Source of the DNA: an uncultured cyanobacterium
Lineage (GTDB): Bacteria > Cyanobacteriota > Cyanobacteriia > Cyanobacteriales > Nostocaceae
Direction: 5' to 3'
DNA: 64,000 nt
Assembly (NCBI GenBank): GCA_963740315.1
Contig: CAVUDP010000002.1
Location: 1,152,001-1,216,000, forward strand
Shown piece after piece: positions 18,337 to 28,762 of the stretch. The notes beneath the pieces were generated by a model. The model was not told the DNA's origin. It saw only the letters and a program-made list of their open reading frames with translations, and ran no database searches. The position numbers and the translations under genes were made by a program. Each line of letters opens with the position of its first letter. Position 1 is the stretch's first letter.

Positions 18337-21300
18337 TTAAACTTCCACTTCAACATCACTAACTACAAACTCATCGCCAAATTCCATCAAGTATCTCAAT
18401 GCTTTAACTATACTTCTGGCACATTCTTGAGGAGAAGTATTGTAAAAGTATCGCCATGCTGCGGCTTTATCTTCGTCGTATTTATCGCTTCTTCCTGGTT
18501 GATTGTTTAACCAGTTTAATCGCACGGCATGACCAATTAATACATCTAAAACGATATATTCGCGGATTTGTAATTCTGGATTATGTTTGGCGATCGCTGC
18601 GAGTTCCATCAGAGCTTCGACGTTTGCCTGTCGGTATTCTGGGGCTTCGATTTTGTTTAACAAATGCTCGACTCTGAGGGCAAAGTTCTTTTCTAATGCC
18701 GTCATTTCTGATACCAGAATACTATCCAAGCGGTTGCGACGTTCTAATTTATCCCCAATTATCAAACCTTTGCAGTTATGCATCAATTCCCAAACTCTTT
18801 CAAAGAAGTCATTGGGTACGCGGTTGATAGCTCCTTCTGCTTGCCGATATCGCCGCCATCCTCCGGTTGGTACTTCTATTTTTTCTACATTTCCTGACTT
18901 TACTATCCAATCAATTTCGGTTTCTTTCTGCTTGACGTGCAGTGATTCTTGCTGACGCAATAACTGATTCATGCCGGAATATTCTAACAAACAGTTTTTC
19001 AATCGCGTTTTTACTTCAAAGGGCGATCGCTGCATTAAATTTTCGTAGGCTTCGTCTTGGGTAATATCTAATTCTCTGGCGAGTTTGTTAGTAATAAATA
19101 ATATCAGATGACTTGTTCTAATAGTTAGTAATCCTTTAAATATTTCTGGTTCGGAATTGATTAAGGTACGCAGGTAAATGAGAATTTCTTGAGTTAAAAC
19201 TCCATCTCTAACGTCTTCGCGACAGAAGTCTTTGATTTTTTCGACTATTTCTTTGTGAGAAAGCGGTACTGTTATCAACGATGCTTCGTTGTAAGCTCTA
19301 CCAACTGCAATCTGCTTACCGCGTGCTAAAAGACTTGTAACTATATCCGACAAGCGCATATCTGCCATTTGCAGCAAACCGGCAGCGCGACGCACAACCG
19401 CCCAAAGTCCGATTTCACCTGCTTTGTAGTAAACTTCGTCGAGTAAATCCGATACTGTTACTGTATTACCGTCGCCAAAGCTGGTATCGAAATCTAGTCC
19501 CTGCAAGCGGGTTAATGTCTGCAATAATTCAATTTGTTCGTAAAGGTTATCTGAGCAGCGCAACGAATCAAGCAAGAATTCTAAGTTGGTTTCGCATTCC
19601 ATTTGGAATTCTTGGGTATGTTCTAATAACCAATTGTTGTTGTCATTATAAAGTAAGTAGGAACTGCGAGGAGCAATTTTTGTAACTGGCGACTTTTTAA
19701 ACTCGAATTGCCCTACATCAACTCTTTGAATGTTGGCGGTAAGCATTAACTGATTGAGCCTTCCCAATTTTACCCGCACGCCGTCGCATACACCTTCTTT
19801 CAATTCTTCCATTAATGATAGTAGTGCTTCGCTACCTGTTTCTAACATAGTGCGAGTCAACATTAAAGTTAAAGTCGGACGACCTAAATCGCTCCAATAT
19901 TTTTCAATGTAAGCTAGTTCGCTTTTGAGTTGAGCTACAAGAAAGTGATAATCTAAGGTTAAGTAAAATTGCTCTGAATCTAGGAAGGAAGGAAGAAACA
20001 CAACGTTTTCGTAACCGATGCGGAAAATTCTCGACGTAGTTAAACTTCTAGGTAGTCTTGCTGGTCTTCCTGTTAAACCAAGTTTTTCATTACATCCAAT
20101 TCCTTGATAAATAGCAATTAAATCTGCTGCTTGACGTACTTGAATTGGGTTGATTTGTAATAAGGTTTCGGTTTGAATTCCGCGAACTGCTAATTTTGAC
20201 TGTAGTTCTTCATCTTCTGCTAATAAAGCAATTTGTACTATCGGTTGTCGGTGTCTTCCTACGGATAAATGTCTTCCTAAAGGGTCAATATCTCCTACAC
20301 AAAGCAATTTTTCGCTTAACATTTGTCCGAGAAAATACAAACTTTGCGCCCATACTAAAGGAACGTTTTCGTTGGGTAAACGTTTTTGTGTTCCGGGTGC
20401 TTGTTTCTCAGCTTCTATATTTTCTTCAGGTACGTAATAAACTTCTGGTAGCAAACGCATATTATCGCGATCGACTAACGTATATTCTAAACTTTGCTGA
20501 TAATGCTTGATTCTATCCTGTTCGCCGCGAAATAATGCATCTAAATGCAAATAAGTGAAAAATAGGGGCCATTCGCATTCGATATGTTCAAATTGCTTCA
20601 GCTCGCTGGGTTCGTAATGCAAGCGATGACTATCTTCTAAAACTGTTTGATGCCCGTCGCGTAAAAACCTTTTACAACCGTAATTACCTTCTAACTTATT
20701 AATAATCTCTTCTAACGTGCGCTGACGTAAACTTTCATCTTCCACAGCAAAAGCCGGAAAACTAATTACGCTCAAAAGTGCTGCATCAATTTCTTTAGAA
20801 GCCGATTCTCTAGGTAATAAATACTCTAACGTAATGCGAGCGCGGGCAATTTCATCGGGTAAAACGTGAATTACCGACGCTTTACTTCCATGTACCCCAA
20901 ATAAATCGAGTCCGTTTATTGCTTCCAAAGCAGCTTTCGCCATCCCAACGGAACTAGCATTTAATTCTGCATTACCATGATTAATTTTATTACCTCGTTC
21001 CCAAATCCCATAATCTGGGGTGCGGTAAGCTCGTCCAATATAGTAAACCAGGTTTTGCACAAAATCTACTTCATCAAGAGTGTAAACCAACTGCACTCCC
21101 GAAGCTGTCATTTGCGCCAACATCAACAAATATATCGATGTCGCGTCAAGCTGCAAATGTCCCCATTCATCATCACCAACTACAATATCGCCAGTTGCAG
21201 TATTGTATTTAGCGTGTAATGCATCCAAAGGCGATTGAGTATGCTTGAATTGTTCTACTTTACCCGCCTGTCGCATCATCGAGAATAATAATCCCCGCAT

Positions 21301-21561
21301 CAACTTGATAACGCTGTGTTCTAATTCGTAAGTGCGTCCCTTATCTTCGTCAATTTTACGATAAGCTAACGCTAATCCCCAAACCGCTAAAATACTGTAA
21401 ACATTATCCCGTACCCAAGCATCCGTATAGTCTCCGTGGGCAGTTATCGCCGTTGAAGCCGGGAGCAAACCAGTAATCGGATTTTGACGGGAAATAATAA
21501 TAGTCTTGATTTGCTGATAATAATATTCTAGGCGTGGAAGTAACTGCAAGGTTCTAAACAT
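18337..21561 (-). CDS. Glycoside hydrolase family 15 / phosphorylase kinase alpha-beta-like protein
   Basis: QNPITGLLPAST, AWVRDNVY, WGHLQLDA, PDYGIWERG, GCKRFLRDG. Confidence 0.9.
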   Translation of the reverse strand: MFRTLQLLPRLEYYYQQIKTIIISRQNPITGLLPASTAITAHGDYTDAWVRDNVYSILAVWGLALAYRKIDEDKGRTYELEHSVIKLMRGLLFSMMRQAGKVEQFKHTQSPLDALHAKYNTATGDIVVGDDEWGHLQLDATSIYLLMLAQMTASGVQLVYTLDEVDFVQNLVYYIGRAYRTPDYGIWERGNKINHGNAELNASSVGMAKAALEAINGLDLFGVHGSKASVIHVLPDEIARARITLEYLLPRESASKEIDAALLSVISFPAFAVEDESLRQRTLEEIINKLEGNYGCKRFLRDGHQTVLEDSHRLHYEPSELKQFEHIECEWPLFFTYLHLDALFRGEQDRIKHYQQSLEYTLVDRDNMRLLPEVYYVPEENIEAEKQAPGTQKRLPNENVPLVWAQSLYFLGQMLSEKLLCVGDIDPLGRHLSVGRHRQPIVQIALLAEDEELQSKLAVRGIQTETLLQINPIQVRQAADLIAIYQGIGCNEKLGLTGRPARLPRSLTTSRIFRIGYENVVFLPSFLDSEQFYLTLDYHFLVAQLKSELAYIEKYWSDLGRPTLTLMLTRTMLETGSEALLSLMEELKEGVCDGVRVKLGRLNQLMLTANIQRVDVGQFEFKKSPVTKIAPRSSYLLYNDNNNWLLEHTQEFQMECETNLEFLLDSLRCSDNLYEQIELLQTLTRLQGLDFDTSFGDGNTVTVSDLLDEVYYKAGEIGLWAVVRRAAGLLQMADMRLSDIVTSLLARGKQIAVGRAYNEASLITVPLSHKEIVEKIKDFCREDVRDGVLTQEILIYLRTLINSEPEIFKGLLTIRTSHLILFITNKLARELDITQDEAYENLMQRSPFEVKTRLKNCLLEYSGMNQLLRQQESLHVKQKETEIDWIVKSGNVEKIEVPTGGWRRYRQAEGAINRVPNDFFERVWELMHNCKGLIIGDKLERRNRLDSILVSEMTALEKNFALRVEHLLNKIEAPEYRQANVEALMELAAIAKHNPELQIREYIVLDVLIGHAVRLNWLNNQPGRSDKYDEDKAAAWRYFYNTSPQECARSIVKALRYLMEFGDEFVVSDVEVEV

Positions 21562-22271
21562 AATCAAATTCGATAACTTTTGGCGGGATTTTATCCCCTA
21601 ACCGTATGGAGTATAGAAGCAAAAACAGCATAACTTCTGTAATCGCTTCTAGCAATTTTGCTTTCCTGCCGTTAGTGGAGAGTTAGTATTTTTTCACCGT
21701 CAGAAATATTGTTTCAATGTTTACAGTTGTCAAACAGTAAAGATTGTTGTCTTTTATCCAGATTGTCAACAAATCAAAGTATTTGCAGAATAAATCCTGA
21801 GATTATAAACATCACGAATTCCTGACATTCTTCTCAATTTAAATTCCGAACGACTGAGCTTATTGCTATTAATTCGCAATATTCTCTGCAAAAAGTCTAT
21901 TATTATCAAGCAGTTTGCTGTTAGAACTTCTAAATGAATATTTGCTCGTCTTTGATAGTAGTTTTGGATCGTTTTTAGATCGTTGACGATACGGACAGCT
22001 ATATATATGAAGCTGATGGGCGTTAATGTCTATTATTAAGTTACGGTAAATTTATTGCTGGATATTACGTGGCGAGCCTTAATTATTTTTCGTAATTTGA
22101 TATCAATTTCTCAGACTTAGAAGCTCGACTGTTTTGCTTGTAATCCCCGGGAAAGAGCGGATTTACTTCAGTACTATCACAGATATATTTAAAAGTGTTT
22201 AAAACAATAACTACTTGCTACAATGTTAATAATTTGACACTTCAAATTTTCAAGGAAATTTAAATATTACC

Positions 22272-22299
22272 TTGACATAGATAGTAAGAGTAGTAAAAT
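22272..22299 (+). promoter_or_regulatory. Putative sigma-70 promoter of mgtE
   Basis: TTGACA-16 nt-TAAAAT. Confidence 0.5.
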
Positions 22300-22551
22300 C
22301 TACTCTATTGGAATGAAAATCGGGGCATAGAGCTATTCAGTAGTGCGTAATATCACACAAAGTAATACTGAAGCTCAGCATCTACCGGATTACACAGTTC
22401 CGGGTTAGTATTATGACTTAGCGATGCCTCGATAGGTAATCGATGTTGATTTTTTAAATATTTATGGACAGAAGTCCGGAAGACGGTAGTACCATCCTCC
22501 TCTAAGCTGTAGAGTTTGTCTCTCAGCGCGGGGGAGATAACAGGAGGAATT

Positions 22552-23913
22552 ATGATTATTCAAGATGTTCGCAATTGTGCAATCAACATTGCTGACTTTG
22601 GCGTTACAGATTTAAATGAACTCAAATGGGATTTAAATCACTTACCAGCCGTTGATGTAGGGGAATACATCACCAATTTATCTAGAAAACAACGTGCGAT
22701 CGCCTTTCGTTTGCTTAATAAGAATCGAGCTATTGATGTTTTTGAATATTTACAGACAGAAGTACAGGAGCAATTAATAAATTCCCTGCATGACGTACAA
22801 GTCGCGCAAATATTGGAAGAGATGAGTCCAGACGAACGTGCGGAATTATTCGACGAACTACCCGCTCTTGTTGTTAAACGGTTATTACAGTCATTAAGTC
22901 CGCAGCAAAGACAAGTTACTGCAACGATTCTCGGTTATCCAGAAGGAACCGCAGGAAGAGTAATGACTACCGAATACGTGCGGTTGCAGGAAGGATTGAC
23001 AGTCAGAGAAGTTCTGAATAAAATCTGCTCTTATGACGAAGACAAAGAAACTATTTATTATGCCTACGTCACCGATAACAACCGTAAGTTAGTTAGCGTT
23101 GTATCGTTGCGACAATTACTATTTTCCTATCCTGACGCTTTATTAGGGGATATTGCTGCTGCTAAAGTTATTAGAGCTACCACAGACACTCCACAGCGAG
23201 AAGTTGCAAAACTGATCAAGCGATACGATTTAATCGCTTTACCTATAGTCGATCGAGAAGACAGACTCGTTGGTATTGTTACCATTGATGACGTAGTAGA
23301 TATTATTGATGAAGAAGCTACAGAAGATATTCAAAAACTCGCAGGGGTAACTGGGGGTGATGAAAGTGCTTTGTGTTCCCCTCGTGTTACCCTCCGCAAA
23401 CGTTTACCCTGGCTGCTGGGAAATATCGGTTTGTACATTGCTGCTGCTAGCGCGATCGCACCTTTCCAAGAAGTGATTAAAGTAGTGCCGGTTTTAGCAA
23501 TTATCATGCCGATTTTGGCTAACAGTAGCGGTAACGTAGCATTCCAGGTCTTATCAGTAACAGTACGGGGATTGGGTTTGGGAGAAGTAACCCCAAAAGA
23601 CACTTTAACTTTGCTGAAAAAAGAATTGACAGCAGGCTTAGGAACGGCGATCGGATTGGGTTTAGCTTTAACAACTTTATCAATGATGTGGTCGCCTCCC
23701 GATGAACGCTGGGTATCATTTGTTGCTGGAAGCGTCATGGCTGTAAACGTAATGATAGCCGTAACGTTAGGAACCGTATTACCAATGGGATTAAAACGCT
23801 TAAACCTAGATCCAGCATTAATTAGCGGTCCTTTAATGACCACAACTTTAGACGCAGTTGGTTTTATGACATTTTTATCTTTAATTTCCTTCGCTTTGCA
23901 ACTATTCTCTTGA
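22552..23913 (+). CDS. mgtE: Magnesium transporter MgtE
   Basis: MgtE-N, CBS pair (TAGRVMT, LVGIVTIDD), RLPWL, DPALISGPLMTTTLD; AGGAGG SD before ATG 22552. Confidence 0.96.
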   Translation: MIIQDVRNCAINIADFGVTDLNELKWDLNHLPAVDVGEYITNLSRKQRAIAFRLLNKNRAIDVFEYLQTEVQEQLINSLHDVQVAQILEEMSPDERAELFDELPALVVKRLLQSLSPQQRQVTATILGYPEGTAGRVMTTEYVRLQEGLTVREVLNKICSYDEDKETIYYAYVTDNNRKLVSVVSLRQLLFSYPDALLGDIAAAKVIRATTDTPQREVAKLIKRYDLIALPIVDREDRLVGIVTIDDVVDIIDEEATEDIQKLAGVTGGDESALCSPRVTLRKRLPWLLGNIGLYIAAASAIAPFQEVIKVVPVLAIIMPILANSSGNVAFQVLSVTVRGLGLGEVTPKDTLTLLKKELTAGLGTAIGLGLALTTLSMMWSPPDERWVSFVAGSVMAVNVMIAVTLGTVLPMGLKRLNLDPALISGPLMTTTLDAVGFMTFLSLISFALQLFS

Positions 23914-23930
23914 GTGTGAGCAGTTATCAT

Positions 23931-24027
23931 CTAGTACTCCTTTTCATTATTTTTGATAGGTAAAAAGGTTTGTAGTAAGGGCTTTAGCCCCTCCGGATTT
24001 AGGGAACCGATGCCCTTACTACGAACC
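23931..24027. repeat. Small dispersed palindromic repeat (GTAGTAAGGG...CCCTTACTACGAAC family)
   Basis: Inverted copy at 43455-43550; related cores at 40385, 40515, 55318. Confidence 0.85.
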
Positions 24028-24255
24028 TTAGAATCAATTTCAAGCTAAACAGCTTAATTTCCCTTCCCTGTATATAAATACAAAACAAAATCCTATATTT
24101 ACTGATAACTGTTCACTGTTCACTGCTCACTGTTAATAACTTGACCGTTATCGATTAAAATTGGTGAATGCCGAATTCGATCGCTTTTACTATTGATATC
24201 GATTTGATGTCTAATAGGGTAATTTTGTAAAAACTAGTAAGATATACCAAAAATT

Positions 24256-24573
24256 ATGAGTACAGTAACCCAAGTTAAAGAAAGCGAATTTGATACGCTT
24301 TTAAAATCGGAAAATTTACTTGTTGTTGATTTTAGTGCCTCTTGGTGCGGTCCTTGTCGCGTGGTTGCACCTTTGGTTGAACAATTAGCGCAAGAGCATG
24401 AAGATATTAAAGTAGTAAAAATAGACGTAGACCAAGATAAACCGCTGGCTAAAAGATACGAAGTTCGCAGCATTCCTGCGGTTTTAATGTTCAAAAATGG
24501 CGAGTTAGTAGAAAATATTGTCGGTGTTAAACCTTATGAAGAATTTGCCGACGCAGTTAAAAAGAATCTTTAG
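24256..24573 (+). CDS. trxA: Thioredoxin
   Basis: WCGPC active site. Confidence 0.95.
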   Translation: MSTVTQVKESEFDTLLKSENLLVVDFSASWCGPCRVVAPLVEQLAQEHEDIKVVKIDVDQDKPLAKRYEVRSIPAVLMFKNGELVENIVGVKPYEEFADAVKKNL

Positions 24574-24817
24574 TTGAGGGAACGGGGAATAGGGAATTGA
24601 TAATTGGTAATTGATAATTGGTAATTATCTCCTTGTTTCCTATTCTTCCCCCTCTTCCCCCTCTTCCCCCTCTCCCCACTCTCATCTTTTATCCCACATC
24701 TTTAATACCTAAAACTGCAACGAAGGTGGTATGATTTGCTCTGCACACTTAAACTAAGTAACTGTAGAGACATCATCGCTCGTGCAATAATAAGCACGCC
24801 AGAGTCGATAAAAATCT

Positions 24818-25810
24818 ATGCCTACTACCACCTGGACTCGTCATCACGTTCTTTCCCTAGCTGATTTCACCGCTACTGAATACAATGCAGTTTTACAGAC
24901 TGCTGCGAGTTTTCAGGAAGTGCTAACGCGGCGGATGAAAAAAGTGCCTACTTTGCAGGGACAAGTGGTGGCGAATTTGTTTTTTGAACCATCAACTCGG
25001 ACTCGCAGTAGTTTTGAACTCGCTGCCAAACGTTTGAGTGCAGATACGTTGAACTTCTCCGCAGCAAGTTCTTCGATGACAAAGGGAGAAACAATTTTAG
25101 ATACAGCTAAAACTTATTTAGCGATGGGTACCGATATTATGGTGGTGCGCCATCGAGAAGCAGGAGTACCAAACGCGATCGCAACAGAAATGGATCGTTT
25201 GGGTGTCAAAGTCAGCGTTCTCAATGCTGGTGACGGACAGCACGAGCATCCTTCGCAAGGGCTACTAGATTTGTTTACTATTTGCAGTTTGCTCGATAGA
25301 GAAAAGCCCCGGTTAGAACTTTTGCAGGGTAAAAAAATTGCGATCGTCGGAGATATTCTACATTCTCGCGTTGCTAGGTCGAATATTTGGAGTCTTACCG
25401 CAGCTACCGACGCAGAGCTACATTTGGCAGCACCACCGACACTTTTACCAAAATTATTCGCAGATTACGGCAAAGATAGACCTGGTAAATTATTCGTACA
25501 TTGGGAATTAGAGCCAGCTTTGCAAGATGCCGATTTTGTAATGACGCTGCGATTGCAAAAGGAACGCATGACAGAGCATTTATTACCTTCGTTGCGGGAA
25601 TATCATCAGTTATTTGGAATTACGCGAGATAAATTGCGAAACTGTAACGATAACGTCAAAGTACTGCATCCAGGTCCCGTAAATAGGGGTGTTGAAATTA
25701 GCTCGGATTTAATGGATGATTCAGAGTTTAGTTTGATACAGAATCAGGTGACGAGCGGGGTTGCGGTAAGAATGGCTTTGCTGTACTTAATTGGTAGTGG
25801 GAAAGCGTAA
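24818..25810 (+). CDS. pyrB: Aspartate carbamoyltransferase catalytic subunit
   Basis: [23 protein letters not shown] motifs. Confidence 0.97.
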   Translation: MPTTTWTRHHVLSLADFTATEYNAVLQTAASFQEVLTRRMKKVPTLQGQVVANLFFEPSTRTRSSFELAAKRLSADTLNFSAASSSMTKGETILDTAKTYLAMGTDIMVVRHREAGVPNAIATEMDRLGVKVSVLNAGDGQHEHPSQGLLDLFTICSLLDREKPRLELLQGKKIAIVGDILHSRVARSNIWSLTAATDAELHLAAPPTLLPKLFADYGKDRPGKLFVHWELEPALQDADFVMTLRLQKERMTEHLLPSLREYHQLFGITRDKLRNCNDNVKVLHPGPVNRGVEISSDLMDDSEFSLIQNQVTSGVAVRMALLYLIGSGKA

Positions 25811-26167
25811 CGATCGGGCATTGGGCATAGTAGTGCTGCCTTCGTAGCGTGTCCTTTCTGACATGCATCTTGCTCGCTAGTTAGACAGAAAGAATAATAT
25901 TAAAGATAAAAGTCAATTTGTAGGGTGTGTTATGGCGCGTGCTTGTAATTGCGATTGTCACATTACCATATAGGTTTCGCGCCTAACGCACCATTTATCA
26001 ACAGTGAAAAAGTTCGTAGGTTGGGTTAAACGCACGAAGAAGTATCATTCTCACGAAGCATAATATTTGCGTTTTTGTACGAATCAGCACTAACCAAAAA
26101 TTAGCCAGACATATTTCCTCGCGCAGCCATAATCCATAAGTAATATCACCGTATTTTAACGATTGGG

Positions 26168-26196
26168 GTTAGTAGCGCAAAGAATCCGGGAACCCT
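26168..26196 (+). promoter_or_regulatory. GTTAGTAG-N12-GGGAA motif, first of seven copies (also 28703, 31477, 34020, 36514, 39068, 40608)
   Basis: Fixed 12-nt spacing with variable spacer upstream of each FHA gene and the CHAT gene. Confidence 0.7.
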
Positions 26197-26226
26197 AAAT
26201 CCAGAAGATAAAAAGATATTGATAAT

Positions 26227-28679
26227 ATGAAAAAGATTATTTTTCTATCTGGATTAATAAGTGTACTAACTTCAGGAATCATGTTACCAGCTTATTCTCA
26301 AGTAACATCCGATAACACTACTAATACAACTGTTAACTCAAACGGTAATAATTTCGATATTCTTGACGGTATTCAAAAAGGGAATAATCTATTTCACAGC
26401 TTTAAAGAGTTTTCTATTCCTACTGGTGGCACCGCTACTTTTAAGAATTATACAGATATAGGAAATATTATTAATCGGGTAACTGGTGGAAATATATCTA
26501 ATATTGATGGGTTAATTAAAGCTCAAGGAAATGCAAATTTATTTTTAATTAATCCTGCGGGAATTGTCTTTGGGGAAAATGCTTCTTTAGATATTGGTGG
26601 TTCGTTTTTCGGGAGTACCGCACAAAGTATTTTATTTAAAGATGGGTTTAAATTCAGCGCGGTTAATTCTGAAGAAAAGCCGTTATTAACTGTGAGCGTT
26701 CCTGTTGGTTTGCAAATGGGGACAAATCCTGGAGCAATTGAGGTAAATGGAAGCGGACATAATTTAATCACGCAGAATGCTAATCTTGCACCTCACATCA
26801 ATCCTGGTAACTTGAATTCATTACAGGTAAAACCAGCTAAAACCTTAGCTTTAGTTGGTGGAGATATTACGCTTGATGGTGGTATTCTCACAGCAGAAAC
26901 AGGAAGAATAGAGTTAGCCAGTCTAAGGAGAGGGGAAGTAAGTTTAACCCAGACTTTGAAAGGTTTTACGTTAGATAATGCTGAACTATCAAATTTGGGG
27001 AATATTCAACTATTGGAACAAGCTTTAGTAGAGGTTAGCGGTGAAGGTGCTGGTTCAATTAACGTAAAGGGTAATCTAGTTACTATCAAGGATGGCTCTC
27101 AATTGTTAGTGCAAAATCGCGGTATTCAGCCAGCAGGAGACATTAATGTTAATGCAAGTGAATCTTTGCAAATAAATGGTGTTTCTGCTGATGGAACAAT
27201 TCGCAGTGGTTTATTGAATGAGACTTTCTTCTGCAAGTAGTGGAAATATTAATGTTGTTACACCACGTTTAATTGTTCAAAATGGAGGTTCTATTGTTAG
27301 TAAAACTTTTAGCCCCGCACAAGGGGGTAATATTACTTTAGATGTATCCGAATTAATTGAAGTCAATGGATTTTCAGAAATTAACCCAGAAATATTTAGC
27401 ACTATTGCTTCAATAACACTTGCAGACGGTAAATCTGGCGGTATATCTGTTTCCACGCTCAAGCTATCTGTATTAGATGGTGCAATTATCTCAACTACGA
27501 CTTTTGGCAATGGTGATAGTGGCAATTTAAGTATAAATGCTCAAATTTTATCAGTAAAAGGCTCTGGTTTGGGTTTATTTGGAGATAGCACTATTGCTAG
27601 CTCAAATGAATGCAAACGGAATGGCTGGTAACATGGAGATTAATACTAAAAATATAACTATAGAAGGAGGCGCAACTGTAAATACTGCTAGTCTCAACAG
27701 TGGAGATGCTGGTAATCTCGCAATCAATGCAACAGAATCCATCCAGATAGTGGGTAAAAATGTTTTTAGGGCTAGCAGATTAGGATCGAGTGTCGCAACA
27801 GATCCCGCTTTGCAGAGTATATTTAACTTACCAAAAGTTCCTGGCGGTAATGCTGGAGATATCACTATCAATACACCATTCCTTTCAGTAGCTGATAGAG
27901 GTTTTGTGAGTGTAGATAATTTAGGAACTGGGGATGCTGGTATTCTCAAGGTAAATGCAGATTTTATTAAGTTAGATAATTTGGGTAGACTTTCGGCTAC
28001 CACAAAATTTGGTGAAGGTGGTGATATTTCGTTGCAATCGCAAAGCTTACAAATGCGTCGTGAAAGTATTATTAGTACATCCGCTGGTGGTGCTGGGAAT
28101 GGTGGCAATATTACTATTAATACCGATACTCTTCTAGCTTTGGAAAACAGCGATATCACCGCAAATGCTCAAAATAGTTTTGGTGGAAAGGTAACTATTA
28201 ACGCACAAGGTATTTTTGGTACGCAGTTTCGAGACAAACAAACCGATGCCAGCGATATTACTGCAAGTTCTCAGTTGGGAGCAGAATTTAGTGGTTTAGT
28301 AGAACTGAATACCCCAGGAATTGACTCTAATTTGGAAGTAGCGGAATTACCTACAAATGTCATAGATTCTACCAATCAAATTGAGAAAGGATGCGCTGCT
28401 CAAACTGGAAGCAATTTCGTCGTTACCGGAAGAGGTGGGATGCCGCAAAACCCCACTCAATCCTTGTATTCAAATCCAACTTGGTCAGATATTCGCGATT
28501 TATCGGTATCTCGTAAGCGTAATAATAATATTCAAACTACAGAAATATCAAATAAACCAGCGATTGTAGAAGCTACTGGTTTTATTCGTAATGCAGACGG
28601 AGAAATTGAATTTGTTGCCGCTCAAAATACACTTTTAAAAACAAAACGAATTTCTAATTGTAGCGGAAAGAATACGTAA
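26227..28679 (+). pseudogene. Filamentous haemagglutinin (TpsA-like) protein 1, split by two +1 frameshifts (~27229, ~27604); possibly sequencing errors
   Basis: Three overlapping ORFs are collinear with intact paralog at 34079; signal peptide, NLFHSF, NRVTGG, NPAGI. Confidence 0.85.
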
Positions 28680-28762
28680 TAACACTGATTTTCTATGATT
28701 GTGTTAGTAGCATTGATTATTTGGGAATCATAGCTTCAGAAAATCAAAAATATTTTGACAAT

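Noticed and set aside
21570..22260. Hidden gene or RNA in the long intergenic region
   Set aside because: No supportable ORF or structure found by eye
22300..22550. Canonical M-box (ykoK) riboswitch
   Set aside because: The M-box consensus segments I know are not evident; reported as an unclassified leader instead
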